Shown here: positions 51,895 to 62,787 of the stretch, one piece after another
Position numbering within the stretch: position 1 is the first letter of the stretch
How the letters are laid out: every line of letters starts with the position of its first letter
Source: an uncultured Gemmatimonadales bacterium
Lineage (GTDB): Bacteria > Gemmatimonadota > Gemmatimonadetes > Gemmatimonadales > GWC2-71-9
NCBI GenBank assembly: GCA_963821525.1
Contig: CAWGED010000005.1
Location: forward strand, 992,001-1,056,000
Reading direction: 5' to 3'
Length of the DNA: 64,000 nt
Made by a program: the position numbers and the translations under genes
Notes under the pieces: generated by a model
Database searches by the model: none
Seen by the model: only the letters and a program-made list of their open reading frames with translations
Told to the model about the DNA's origin: nothing

Positions 51895-52362
51895 ATGCCT
51901 TCCTACCCGCTGCTCGACCCGGTCCGCCGCCACGTCGCCGCCATGGGGTTCGAGTTAATCGAATTCCACATGGGTGGCCCGCCGCAGCGCCCCCTGATTC
52001 AGGTCAGGATTGATCGCCCGGATAGCACACCCGGGCACGGCGTGACCGCCGAGGATTGCGTCCAGGTTAGCCGTTCCCTGGCACGCGTGCTCGAGGCGGA
52101 GGCCCAGCCTGGCGCCCGCTATCTGGTGCAGGCTTCCTCGCCCGGGTTTGAGCGACCGGTCCGTTTCGTCGAACACTGGCGGCGTTACCTGGGCCGGGAA
52201 GTACGAGTGACGGCACGCGGGCTATCCGGGCATCCGCGCGCCACAGTAGTCGCAGTGCCCGACGATGATCATGTCCAGCTTCGCCTCGCTGACGGCGAGC
52301 CTTATTTGCTCGCGCTCGAGAATCTCAAAGAGGCGACCCTGTTGATGGACTCGGCCTCCTGA
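51895..52362 (+). CDS. rimP: Ribosome maturation factor RimP
   Basis: VRIDRP, GVT.EDC..VSR, SSPGFERP; first gene of the nusA operon. Confidence 0.92.
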   Translation: MPSYPLLDPVRRHVAAMGFELIEFHMGGPPQRPLIQVRIDRPDSTPGHGVTAEDCVQVSRSLARVLEAEAQPGARYLVQASSPGFERPVRFVEHWRRYLGREVRVTARGLSGHPRATVVAVPDDDHVQLRLADGEPYLLALENLKEATLLMDSAS

Positions 52363-52383
52363 GGCCGCGAGAGGGAGAAGAGG

Positions 52384-53703
52384 ATGTCCGCTTCGGCAGA
52401 AGTCCTGGCCGCAATTCGCGAGTTATCGACCACCAAACAGCTCGACCGCAACGAGCTGCTGGAGTTGCTGCGCGACGGTATTCACGCGGCGCTGGTCCGG
52501 CGTTACGGCCCCAATGTCCGCTTCGAGCTCAGCTTCGATGAGCTCAAAGGCACGATTCGCATCGTCCGCCTGAGACAGGTGGTGGAGGCGGTCGAGGATT
52601 CGAGCGCCCAGGTCTCCCTCGAGGAAGCCCAGTACGAGGATCCCGAGTTCGCGCCCGGCGACATGTTGGAAGAGGATGTTCCCTTCGCCGAGTTCGGCCG
52701 GCTCGCGGTGCAGGCGGCGAAGCAAAGGATTATCCAGCGGGTGCGCGAAGGCGAACGTACCCGGATCCGCGAAGAGTTTGCCGGCAAGGTCGGCGAGCTG
52801 CTTTCGGGAGAGGTCCAGCAGATCGAGCGCGGCAAGCTGGTCATCATGCTCAACAAGTTTCGGGAGGCGGAAGCCATCATTCCGTACCGGGAACAGAATC
52901 ACCGGGAGAAGTTCCACCAGGGCGACACCATCCGGGCGGTGCTGAAGCGGCTCGAGGAAACCCCCAAGGGCCCACGGCTCATTCTCTCTCGCGCCGACCC
53001 GCTCTTCGTGAAGGCGCTGTTCAAGCTGGAAGTCCCCGAAATTCAGCAGGGCGTGGTCGACATCCGGGCTTGGGCCCGGGAAGTCGGCAGCCGTACCAAG
53101 ATCGCGGTGATCTCCCGCGATGACGCCATCGATCCCGTCGGCGCCTGCGTGGGACTCAAGGGTTCCCGGGTGCAAGCGGTGGTGAATGAGCTGGGTGGCG
53201 AGCGCATCGACATCGTGCCGTGGTCTCCCGATCCGGAGCGCTTCGCGCGACTGGCGCTGGCTCCGGCCCGGGTGGCGAAAGTGTTCTCCGATCCGGAGAG
53301 CAAGACGATCCAGGCGGTGGTGGACGAGGATCAGCTGTCGCTGGCGATTGGCCGCAACGGGCAGAACGTGCGCCTCGCCTCTGAGCTCACCGGGTGGAAG
53401 ATCGATCTCTACTCCAGCCGCGAATGGCTGGAGCGCGGTGGAGAGGGCCCGCTGTTCGCGCCGCTCCCGCCGGAAGACGAGTCGGTCACCCAGGTGCCGC
53501 TGACGGAACTGAAGGGGCTTTCTCCCGAGCTGCTCGCCATCCTGAACGGTGCGGGGTACCAGACCCTGAACGACGTACTCGATCTCGAACGGGACGAGGT
53601 GGCACAGCTGCCCGGCATGACCCAGGAGCGGGCCGATCAGCTGATGGCGCTGCTCGCCGAGCTAACCGACGAGGACAGCGACGACGGCCGCGGCGGATCC
53701 TGA
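52384..53703 (+). CDS. nusA: Transcription termination/antitermination factor NusA
   Basis: FGR.A.Q.AKQ, ARE.G.RTKIAV, DPVGACVG.KGSRV, LSLAIGRNGQNVRLAS.LTGWKID. Confidence 0.97.
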   Translation: MSASAEVLAAIRELSTTKQLDRNELLELLRDGIHAALVRRYGPNVRFELSFDELKGTIRIVRLRQVVEAVEDSSAQVSLEEAQYEDPEFAPGDMLEEDVPFAEFGRLAVQAAKQRIIQRVREGERTRIREEFAGKVGELLSGEVQQIERGKLVIMLNKFREAEAIIPYREQNHREKFHQGDTIRAVLKRLEETPKGPRLILSRADPLFVKALFKLEVPEIQQGVVDIRAWAREVGSRTKIAVISRDDAIDPVGACVGLKGSRVQAVVNELGGERIDIVPWSPDPERFARLALAPARVAKVFSDPESKTIQAVVDEDQLSLAIGRNGQNVRLASELTGWKIDLYSSREWLERGGEGPLFAPLPPEDESVTQVPLTELKGLSPELLAILNGAGYQTLNDVLDLERDEVAQLPGMTQERADQLMALLAELTDEDSDDGRGGS

Positions 53704-54017
53704 TCGGCTCCTCCGCCTTCTCGGCCTCGGCTATCGGGGCCGTAAGGTCGTGATCGGGGTCGATCGGGTGCGGGCCGGGCTCCAGGCCGACAAGTTCGCC
53801 TGCCTTGTGGTGGCGGCGGACGCGAGCCCACGAGCGTTGGAGAAGGTGGTTCGGCTGGCGACTGCGCGTCGGGTACCGTTGTTTCGCGGTCCCGCCGCGG
53901 ATGCGATCGGCCAACGGCTTGGTGAAGCCGGGAATCATGGTGGCAGGAGTGGTAGATCGAGCGCTGGCTCGCGGACTCGCAGCCGCGAGTGGCAGCTCGT
54001 TCCAGACGGAGGGTTGA
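53684..54017 (+). CDS. L7Ae/L30e-like RNA-binding protein (start unclear; frameshift near 53925)
   Basis: LLGLG.RG.KVVIG, VVAADAS, then GVVDRALARG in a shifted frame; lies between nusA and infB. Confidence 0.8.
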
Positions 54018-56797
54018 TGGTCAAGACCAGAGTGCACGACCTCGCAGCGGAGTTCGGGGTCCCGGCAGAACAAGTGATGGGGATGCTTAAGGACATGGGC
54101 ATCTTCGTGCGCAGCCACATGTCGGGACTTGAGGATGGACAGGTGTCCGCCGTGCGGGTGCGCTGGGAGCGCGAAAAGCGGAAAGCGGCCGATGAGCCGG
54201 CGCCGAAGAAGGGCCGCCGTAAGGCTGCCAAGGCGGCCGCCCCGCCCGAGCCGGTATCGGTAGAGGCCGGGAAGCCGAGCAAGCGTCGTCGCACTGCGGC
54301 GGAGGTTGCTCAGTCGGAGGCGTAGGCCGAAGCCGAACGCGCTGCCGAAGCGCTGGCAATGGACCTGATTCGTCCGATCGAGCGCCCCGTCGAGGCCGCG
54401 TTGCCCGCTTCGCTGGAAGAGCGCGCGAAGGCCCTCTTCAAGGACCTGCCTCCTGCCTCAGGAGATACTGGCGACTCGGAAGCTCCAACCGCGACCGAGC
54501 CGGTCGCGGCTTCACCGTTCCCGCCGGCCTCTCGTCCGGCTGACGCTCCGCCATTACCTCCGCGTCCGTCGGTGCCGGGTCGGACTCCAATGATTCCCAC
54601 CCGCGTTTCGCGGCCGGCCGCACCTCAAGGCGGTCGCCCCACTGGTCCGTCGCGTCCCCGTCCCGTGTTCAGCAGCAGCGCTCCGCCGGCTCCGGGTCAG
54701 CGCGGTTCCGGTCCCCCGCAGCGCGGTTCCGGTCCCCCTCAGCGCGGTGCGGGTCCGAGCGTCCCCGGTGGTCCCGCCACCGGCGAGCGGGGTCGCAATT
54801 TCGGCCCCGATGCCGAGAAGGGCGGCGGACGTAAGAAAGGGAAGAAGGGCCGTAAGTCTTCCGTGGACCAGGAAGCGGTGCAGGCGAACATCCTCAAGAC
54901 GCTGCAGGGGATGCGCGGTGGAGTGGGCCGGAAAGGCCGCGGCCGCGATATGACCGGGTACCAGGAGCAGCTCGCTCGCGCGGCCGAAGAGAAGGAACGG
55001 GAGAAGACTCGGGTCAGGGTCAACGAGTTCATCTCGGTCTCCGAGCTCGCCGACCTGATGAAAGTCCCCGCGACCCAGATCGTGCAGCTCGCGTTCAAGG
55101 AGCTGGGACTCATGGTCACGGTGAACCAGCGCCTCGACTTCGACCAGATCGAATTGATCGCGTCGGAATTCGGCTTCCAGGCGGTCAAAGAAGAGGAGTA
55201 CGCCGCCGACCTCGCGACCGAGGAGACCCAGACCGACGTAGATGAAATCACCCAGCCGCGCCCGCCGGTGGTCACCATCATGGGTCACGTGGACCACGGT
55301 AAGACCTCGCTGCTGGACTACATCCGGAAAGCGAACGTGGTGGCTGGTGAAGCAGGCGGAATCACCCAGCACATCGGCGCCTATCACGTCACGCTCGCGA
55401 GCGGCAAGCAGATCACCTTCCTCGACACGCCGGGTCACCAGGCCTTTACCGCCATGCGTGCCCGCGGCGCTCAGGTCACCGATATCGTGGTCCTGGTCGT
55501 CTCGGCCGAAGACGCGGTGATGCCCCAGACGGTGGAAGCGATCAGCCACGCCAAGAATGCCGGCGTACCGCTCATCGTCGCGATCAACAAGATCGATCTC
55601 CCTGCTGCCAACGTGCAGAAGGTGAAGCAGGACCTGTTGGCCCACAACGTCGTGCTGGAAGAGTTCGGCGGCACCGTACTGGCCACCCCGATTTCGGCCA
55701 AGAAGGGTACCGGGGTAGACAAGCTGCTCGAGCAGATCCTGCTGCAGGCGGAGATTCTCGATCTGCGTGCCAATCCCGACCGCGCCGCATCCGGCGCCGT
55801 GATCGAAGCCACCCTGGACCCGGGCAAGGGGCCGCTGGCCACCATCCTGGTGCAGCGCGGCACCCTGCGGGTGAGCGAGAACTTCATCAGCGGCAAGTTC
55901 TCCGGCCGGGTGAAGGCGCTGTTCGATGAGCGGGGCAAGAACATCAAGGAGGCGGGACCTTCGATTCCGGTGCAGATCCTCGGCTTCGAGGGCACTCCGT
56001 CGCCCGGCGACAGCTTCCTCGTCGTGGCCGACGCCGTCGAGGCGCGCGAGATCGCCCAGAAGCGGCAGCGGCTCGACCGGGAGGCGCAGAACCGCCGCAC
56101 CACGCGCGGTGGCACTCTCGAGGATCTCTCCCGCCAGCTGGCCCAGGGCCAGATCGGCGCGTTGCGACTCATCATCAAGGCCGACCAGGGCGGCCCGGCC
56201 GAGGCGCTGGCCGACGCGCTGGCCCAGCTCAGCACGGGCGAAGTACGGGTGGACATCGTCCTTCGTGGGGTCGGCTCGATCAGCGAGAGCGACGTCCTGC
56301 TGGCCAAGGCCTCCGGAGCCATCGTCATCGGCTTCCACGTGCGGCCCGACGCGGGAGCCCGCGCCGCGGCGGAACGGGAATCGGTGGACATCCGAACCTA
56401 CCGCATCATCTACGAGGCGGTGGACGATGTGCGGGCGGCGCTCGAAGGCTTGCTCAAGCCGGAATCGAAGGAAACCGTCCTGGGCGATGCGCAGGTGCTG
56501 CAGCTGTTCAAGGTGAGCAAGGTAGGCACCATTGCCGGTTGCATGGTGAGGAACGGGACGATTCAGCGCACCGGCCGGGTCCGCGTGGTCCGGGACGGAG
56601 TCCAGATCTACGACGGGACTATCTCGAGTCTCAAGCGCTTCAAGGACGACGTGAAGGAAGTGCGCGAAGGGCTCGAGTGCGGTATCGGTGTCGAGAACTT
56701 CAACGACCTCAAGGTCAGCGACATGATCGAGAGCTACCGGGTGGAGGAAGTGAAGCGGACCCTGGCCGGAAGCGCGGCGGGGTCGGGGACGGGGTGA
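54017..56797 (+). CDS. infB: Translation initiation factor IF-2 (in-frame TAG at 54323-54325)
   Basis: N-terminal MVKTRVHDLAAEFG in the same frame as RPPVVTIMGHVDHGKT, GGITQHIGAY, DTPGH, SLKRFKDDVKEV. Confidence 0.96.
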
Positions 56798-56802
56798 GAG
56801 GG

Positions 56803-56884
56803 ATTGCTGATTGCTGATTGATGATTGCTGAATGACCAAAGGCAGCTTTTTTCAATCAGCAATCAGCAATCGTCAATCGTCAAT
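56803..56884. repeat. Inverted heptamer arrays (ATTGCTG)n ... (CAGCAAT)n
   Basis: attgctg attgctg attgatg attgctg aatgac versus tcaat cagcaat cagcaat cgtcaat cgtcaat. Confidence 0.92.
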
Positions 56885-56885
56885 T

Positions 56886-57167
56886 ATGCACACCGCCGTC
56901 CAGACCTGGGTATTGCACCTCGAGGGCTGCCAGTCGCTCAAGGACAAGCGGTCGGTGCTTCAGTCCCTCAAGGCGGAACTCAGGCGGCGGCTCAATGTCT
57001 CGGTGGCGGAAGTCGGAGCACAGGACCTGTGGCAGCGCGCCGAGCTCGCCTGCGCCGCTGTGGGGTCGGACCGGCGAGTCGTGGACGAAATGCTGCGAAC
57101 AGCGGACGGCATCGTCGAGGCGGCCGATGGCGTCCGCATCATTGATACGGTGGTGACGCAGGTATGA
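56886..57167 (+). CDS. DUF503 family protein (YlxP-like)
   Basis: SLKDKRSV, NVSVAEV..QDLWQRA; between infB and rbfA. Confidence 0.92.
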   Translation: MHTAVQTWVLHLEGCQSLKDKRSVLQSLKAELRRRLNVSVAEVGAQDLWQRAELACAAVGSDRRVVDEMLRTADGIVEAADGVRIIDTVVTQV

Positions 57168-57523
57168 AGGGACCATCCCGGCGGCCTGAACAGATGGCCG
57201 AAACGGTGCGGCAAGTGGTGAGCGACGCGCTGCTCACCGAGGTACGCGACCCACGGATCGGCATGGTCACGGTGACTCGCGTCGTGGTCAGCAACGAGTT
57301 GTCGTGGGCCACGGTGAGCGTCAGCGTGATGGGCGAGGAAGCCGACAAGACGCGGGCGCTGGAAGGGCTCCGCAGCGCGGCGGGCTTCTTTCGGTCGAAG
57401 CTGGGAAAGGCGCTGCACACCCGCATCGTCCCGGAAGTGAAGTTCGAGCTGGATCGGGGTCTGGAGCACGCTGCCCGGATCAACGCGGTGCTGGCCGAGC
57501 TCAAGCGGGAGGACCCGGCCTGA
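57164..57523 (+). CDS. rbfA: Ribosome-binding factor A
   Basis: VRDPRI..VTVTRV, AAGFFR, R.VPE..F.LD. Confidence 0.95.
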   Translation: MKGPSRRPEQMAETVRQVVSDALLTEVRDPRIGMVTVTRVVVSNELSWATVSVSVMGEEADKTRALEGLRSAAGFFRSKLGKALHTRIVPEVKFELDRGLEHAARINAVLAELKREDPA

Positions 57524-58419
57524 AGTCAGGCGCGCTGCTGGTGGACAAGCCGGTTGGACCCACTTCGCACGACGTGGTGATCCGGGTCCGGCGCGCGCTG
57601 CATATGAAGGCGGTCGGGCACACCGGGACCCTGGATCCGTTCGCGAGCGGGCTGCTGGTGATCCTGCTCGGTCGCGCGACGAGGTTGGCGCAGTTCGTGG
57701 AGCGGCACGATAAGACCTACCGGGCGACGGCGAAACTCGGCGTGCGAACCACGACCGATGACCTGACGGGTGAAATCATCAGCCTCGTTCCCCCTCTCCG
57801 CGACGCGGAGAGGGGGCCAGGGGGTGAGGTACCGAGCCGCCGAGCCGTCGAGGCAACCCTCCACGGCTTCCTCGGCCCGCAAAAGCAACGGCCGCCGGCG
57901 TTTTCGGCGCGGAAGATCGGTGGGGAACGAAGCTATCGTCTGGCCAGGCGCGGCGTGACGCTGGAGCTGCCCGAGTCGGATGTAACGGTGCACTCGTTGG
58001 AGCTGATGGAATTTCGCTTTCCGGAGCTGGTGTTCCAGACTCGGGTGAGTGCCGGGACCTACGTTCGGGCTCTCGCCCGCGATATCGGCGAGGTGTTGGG
58101 AACCGGCGCGCATCTGACTGCGCTCCGACGGGAAGCAATCGGATCACTGCGGATCGAGCAGGCCGTGTCGCTCGAGGTGCTCAGTACCGAGACCCCGATC
58201 CTGACGCCGCTTTCGGTACTGGGACATCTGCCCAGGATCGAGCTGAGCGAGGCGCAAGTGACGGACGTGGGTCATGGGCGCGCGGCCCAGATCCAGCCCG
58301 AGTTCACTTCCAGCGGATCCGTTGCCGGTGTGGGAGCGGGGGACCGTCTGATCGCCGTGGGACGAGTTGAGGACAAGCTCTTCCGTCCTGAAGTGGTGCT
58401 GGAGCCCGCGGAGAGCTGA
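57520..58419 (+). CDS. truB: tRNA pseudouridine-55 synthase (start uncertain)
   Basis: VDKP.G.TSHDVV, GHTGTLDPFASG, T.D..G, GTYVRALARDIG. Confidence 0.95.
   Translation: MKSGALLVDKPVGPTSHDVVIRVRRALHMKAVGHTGTLDPFASGLLVILLGRATRLAQFVERHDKTYRATAKLGVRTTTDDLTGEIISLVPPLRDAERGPGGEVPSRRAVEATLHGFLGPQKQRPPAFSARKIGGERSYRLARRGVTLELPESDVTVHSLELMEFRFPELVFQTRVSAGTYVRALARDIGEVLGTGAHLTALRREAIGSLRIEQAVSLEVLSTETPILTPLSVLGHLPRIELSEAQVTDVGHGRAAQIQPEFTSSGSVAGVGAGDRLIAVGRVEDKLFRPEVVLEPAES
57790..57829. repeat. REP-like palindrome in-frame within truB
   Basis: Perfect 12-bp stem ccccctctccgc-gac-gcggagaggggg followed by ccagggggtgagg. Confidence 0.75.
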
Positions 58420-59363
58420 TGTCCGTTTTGCCCGAGTATCCGAACGGCACGACGGTGACCGTCGGCATGTTCGATGGAGTGCACCGCGGGCATCAGGCGG
58501 TTCTTCGCGAGATCGTGGATCGGGCACGCGTCGCGGGACGGAAGAGCGTGCTCGTCACCTTCGAGCCGCATCCGCTCGAGGTGGTGAACCCTCAGGCCGC
58601 GCCACCGCTTCTCACGTCGGGAGCCGAACGCCGTGAGGCGCTGGCCCAGACCGGACTGGACTACGTCGTGTTCCTCCGGTTCGACCGGGAGCTGGCGAGT
58701 TACAGCCCGGAGCGGTTCGTTCGGGAGGTGCTGATCGGCCGCTGCCGCATGCGCGAGCTGGTGATCGGTCACGATCACGGCTTCGGGCGCGGACGCAGTG
58801 GCGACGTCGAGACCCTGCGACGGCTTGGCGCCACTGATGGCTTCACGGTGGACGTGGTCGGTCCGGTGGAGCTGGGTGGCCATCCGGTCTCCAGCACCCA
58901 GATCCGTCGCGCCGTCGCCGGGGGCGACCTGGCCACCGCGCAACGGCTGCTCGGGCGACCCTATTCCGTGAGCGGCGTCGTAGAACGCGGGGCAGGACGG
59001 GGCAGAACGATCGGAGTGCCCACGATCAACCTGGGTGGAGTCCCAGCGAGGAAGTTGCTGCCGCCGGACGGGGTCTACGCCGCGACGGTGGAGTGGGCCG
59101 GAGGTAGAGTCGGAGGAATGCTCAATCAGGGGCCCAAGCCGACGTTCGGAGATCTGCGGCGAAGCGTGGAAGTGCACCTCTTCGGGGTGGACGCGAATCT
59201 CTACGGGCAGTGGGTGAAGGTCGAGTGGGTGGAGCGGCTGCGCGACGTGATGACCTTCGCGTCGCCGGAGAAACTGGTGGAACAGTTGCAGCGAGACCGG
59301 GCGGACGCAGCGGCGGCACTGAGCCGAATCAGTGCTGACCAGCGTCATGTCTCACATACCTGA
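58419..59363 (+). CDS. ribF: Bifunctional riboflavin kinase / FAD synthetase
   Basis: G.FDGVHRGH, TFEPHP, VSST.IR, GR.IG.PT.N, VEVH. Confidence 0.95.
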   Translation: MSVLPEYPNGTTVTVGMFDGVHRGHQAVLREIVDRARVAGRKSVLVTFEPHPLEVVNPQAAPPLLTSGAERREALAQTGLDYVVFLRFDRELASYSPERFVREVLIGRCRMRELVIGHDHGFGRGRSGDVETLRRLGATDGFTVDVVGPVELGGHPVSSTQIRRAVAGGDLATAQRLLGRPYSVSGVVERGAGRGRTIGVPTINLGGVPARKLLPPDGVYAATVEWAGGRVGGMLNQGPKPTFGDLRRSVEVHLFGVDANLYGQWVKVEWVERLRDVMTFASPEKLVEQLQRDRADAAAALSRISADQRHVSHT

Positions 59364-59371
59364 CAAGGACG

Positions 59372-61022
59372 ATGCTCGATTCCATTCGATCGCGCGTAAT
59401 CATCATCGCGTTGCTCATCATCGGCTCCATCGTCGCGCTCATTCCGCGCAATACGACGATCCGGGAGCGCGACGTCAATACCGGCGTCATGCGCGACACG
59501 ACCGTGCGCCGGGTTCCGCTCAAGCTGGGTCTCGACCTTCAGGGTGGAATGCACCTTGGCCTCGAGCTCGACCAGTCGAGCCGCGTCTCGGCCGACCCGT
59601 CGCGGGATCTCGACCTGGCCCTCACCGTGTTGCGCAAGCGGATCGACGAGTTCGGGGTGACCGAGCCGCTGATCCAGAAGCAGGGCGATGACCGGATCAT
59701 CGTGGAACTGGCGGGCATCACCGATCCCGCCCGGGCCAAGGCCATCGTGCAGCGGAGCGCCTTCCTCGAGTTCCGCATCACCGACCGGAGCGAGGCGCTG
59801 GAAAAGGCGCTCCCCGCTCTGGACCGGGCACTGCAACGCGCGGGGGTGAAGCCGGCGGCAGGCGCCCCGACCCAGCCGAGCGCGGTCACCCAACTGCTGC
59901 AGGGCGATACCGGGAAGAAGGCCGCCGCGACCGATACCGGCGTCGTGGTTGGCGGCGTACTGAGCAGCCTGATCCAGAGTGGCGCCCAGGCGGGATACTC
60001 GCCCGTTCCGGGGGAGTACCTCGTGAAGGAGACCGCGTTCCCGCGGGTCGATAGCCTGCTGCATCTTCCCGAAGTGCAATCGGCACTGCCGCGGAACCTG
60101 GTGCTGCGCTGGGCCTCGAGCGCAACCAGCGTGGGGGCCGAGTCCTACCGGCTGCTCTATTCGCTGGAGGACCGCGCGATCGTCACCGGTCAGAACCTGG
60201 TGGATGCCAAGGAGGAGATCGATCCGCTCACCAGCGGTCCGATCGTCACCTTCGAGCTCGACCGGACCGGCGCCCGCAAATTCGGCGATGGCACCGGACG
60301 GAACATCGGCAACTACATGGCGATTCTCCTGGATGACCGGGTGCAGGGCAGGCCACCGGTGATTCAGAGCCGGATCGACCGGCGGGGGCAGATCACTCTG
60401 ACCGGCCGCACCTTCCAGGAAGCGCGGGACCTGGCCCTGACGCTGAGAGCCGGCGCGCTGCCGATTCCTCTCAAGGTGGTTGACTACCGGCAGGTCGGCG
60501 CGAGCCTGGGGCAGGACTCGATTCGAAAGGGCATCACCGCCGGCGTCGTCGGCAGCATCATCGTGATTCTGATCATGATCGGGTACTACCGGGTCGCCGG
60601 AATTCTCGCGGTCTTTGCCCTGGCGATCTACATCCTGTTCACCCTGGGCGGGCTTGCGTCGCTGGACGCGACACTCACGCTGCCCGGCCTCGCCGGTATC
60701 GTGGTCTCGATCGGCCTCGCGGTAGACGCGAACGTGCTGATCTTCGAACGCATACGGGAAGAGCTGGCGCTGGGGAAGACAATCCGTCTGGCCATTGATG
60801 AGGGCTTCAAGCGGGCGATGGAACGCGATCGTGGACTCCAACGTCTGCGCCATCGTAACCGCCTTGCTGCTCTACCAGTTCGGTACCGGTCCGGTGAAGG
60901 GCTTTGCGGTTACCCTCACCCTGGGCACCCTCGCCTCGATGGTGACGGCCATCTTCGTCACCCGCACCTTCTTCATGATCTGGCTTGAGCGCCGGCCGAA
61001 CATGACCACGCTGAGTATCTGA
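59372..61022 (+). CDS. secD: Protein translocase subunit SecD (frameshift near 60820)
   Basis: KLGLDLQGG, GVTEP.I, LRAGALP, TLTLPGLAG, AVDANVLIFERIREE, GTGPVKGFAVTL. Confidence 0.95.
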
Positions 61023-61025
61023 CCC

Positions 61026-61997
61026 ATGCGCCGCGTCTTCACTAACACCAAGATCGATTTCATCGGGGTACGCCGGTACGCCTACATCTTCACGGCGATC
61101 TGGTTCATCCCCGGTCTGATTCTCCTGCTGATCCGTGGGCTCAACTACAGCATCGAGTTCACCGGAGGCACCCTGGTGCAGATCGCCAGCCAGGTGCCGG
61201 TGGACGTCGAGCAAACTGCGTAGCGCTTGGATCACGAGGGCGTGCCCGGCGCAGAGATCCAGTCATTCGGCGCCGACAGCGAGTACGTGGTTCGAGCGCG
61301 GCTCAGCAAGGAGGCGCCCGACCAGGACAACACCGACGCCACGGTGAACGCTGTCCGGAAGGCGCTGGATTCAAGCCTGGGCGAGGGGAAGTACACCATC
61401 GGCCGCACCGAGGCCGTGGGGCCCAAGGTCGGCGGTGAGCTTCGCCAGAAGGCCTTGACCGCGATTCTTCTCGCGTTCGTTGCCATCCTCATCTATCTCG
61501 CGTTCCGGTTCGAGTGGCGCTTCGGCCTGTCGTCTATTCTCGCCACGGCGCACGACGTGCTCGGCACGGTCATCTTCATCAGCGTTCTGCACCTCGAGGT
61601 CAGTCTCGTGGTCGTGGGCGCGGTGCTGTCGGTGCTGGGTCTCTCGCTCAACGAGACCATCATCATCTTCGACCGGGTGAGAGAGAACGAGCGGCATCGC
61701 CGCTATCCCGATCTCCGCACCACCCTCAACCGGTCCATCAACGAGACGCTACCCCGCACCGTGCTGACCCACGGCACCGCGCTCGCCACGATGATGACGC
61801 TGGCCATCTTCGGCGGCGAGGTGATCCGCCCCTTCGCCCTCGTCATGTTCTTCGGCGTCTTCACCGGCATCTTCTCGTCGATGTTCATCGCCCCGGCCTT
61901 CCTGCTTTACATCCGTCGCCGCTGGCCGCCCGTCGGCGCCGCGGCGCCGCGGTCGACCCGCGCCCCCGCGGGCCGTGCCGCCCAGCCCGTGGGGTAA
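61026..61997 (+). CDS. secF: Protein translocase subunit SecF (frameshifts near 61215-61230)
   Basis: GLNYSIEFTGG, VGPKVG.EL, YLAFRFE, HDV, IIFDRVRE, SINETLPRT. Confidence 0.94.
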
Positions 61998-62787
61998 GAG
62001 GCTGATCGACACCCACTGCCACCTCGCCGATCCGGCCTTCGACCCGGATCGGGAGGGAGTGCTGGAGCGTGCGTGGGCGGCTGGTGTCGAGCATGTCGTA
62101 GTGATCGGGGAAACCCCGGCGACCGCCGAGAAGGCACTGGGGCTGGCGGCGACCGACGCTCGCCTTTCGGCGACTGCCGGCCTTCATCCCCACGAAGCGC
62201 GGCACTGGACCTCCGAGACCGAGGCCTGGCTTGCGCAGCAACTGCGGGATCCGCGGGTGGTGGCGGCCGGCGAGATGGGGCTGGACTACCACTACGACCA
62301 TTCTCCGCGCGAGGTGCAGCGGGAGGTCTTCGATCGCCAGCTCGGCCTCGCCACTGCGGCGAGTCGTCCGGCCGTGATCCACGCGCGTGAAGCGGACGAC
62401 GATGTAGCCGCCATCCTGCGCAACCACCCTCGGGCGACTGCGATCCTTCATTCGTTCAGCAGCGGGCCGGCCCTCTTGCGGGCCGGGCTGGACCTCGGTC
62501 ACTATGTGTCGTTCAGTGGGATGATCACTTTCAAGAGTTGGCGGCTCGATGCGGCGATCCTGGAGGTCCCGCTCGACCGCTTGCTGGTGGAGACCGACGC
62601 CCCGTATCTGGCGCCGGTACCTCACCGGGGCCGGCGCAACGAGCCGGCGTTTGTAGAGAGGACGGCGGCGCGTCTCGCCGAGGTGCGCGGACGGCCGCTG
62701 CAGGAAATGCTGGAATTGACCAGCGCGAACGCCGCGCGGGTATTCGGTCCGAGATTGAATCCCGGTGAGGAGCCGTCTCGCAAATGA
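61975..62787 (+). CDS. tatD: TatD family hydrolase (start uncertain)
   Basis: IDTHCHL, GLHPH, GEMGLDY, IHAREA, ETDAPYL.P. Confidence 0.92.
   Translation: MPPSPWGKRLIDTHCHLADPAFDPDREGVLERAWAAGVEHVVVIGETPATAEKALGLAATDARLSATAGLHPHEARHWTSETEAWLAQQLRDPRVVAAGEMGLDYHYDHSPREVQREVFDRQLGLATAASRPAVIHAREADDDVAAILRNHPRATAILHSFSSGPALLRAGLDLGHYVSFSGMITFKSWRLDAAILEVPLDRLLVETDAPYLAPVPHRGRRNEPAFVERTAARLAEVRGRPLQEMLELTSANAARVFGPRLNPGEEPSRK

Noticed and set aside
54323..54325. Genome-wide TAG reassignment or pyrrolysine
   Set aside because: TAG correctly terminates mutL, miaA, groEL, serS and murA here
54698..54757. 21-bp tandem repeat in infB (QRGSGPP)
   Set aside because: Ordinary low-complexity expansion in the IF2 N-terminal linker
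54554..56839. 761-aa antisense ORF and similar long overlapping ORFs (e.g. 59345-60853, 2811-4265)
   Set aside because: Shadows of real genes caused by high-GC codon bias
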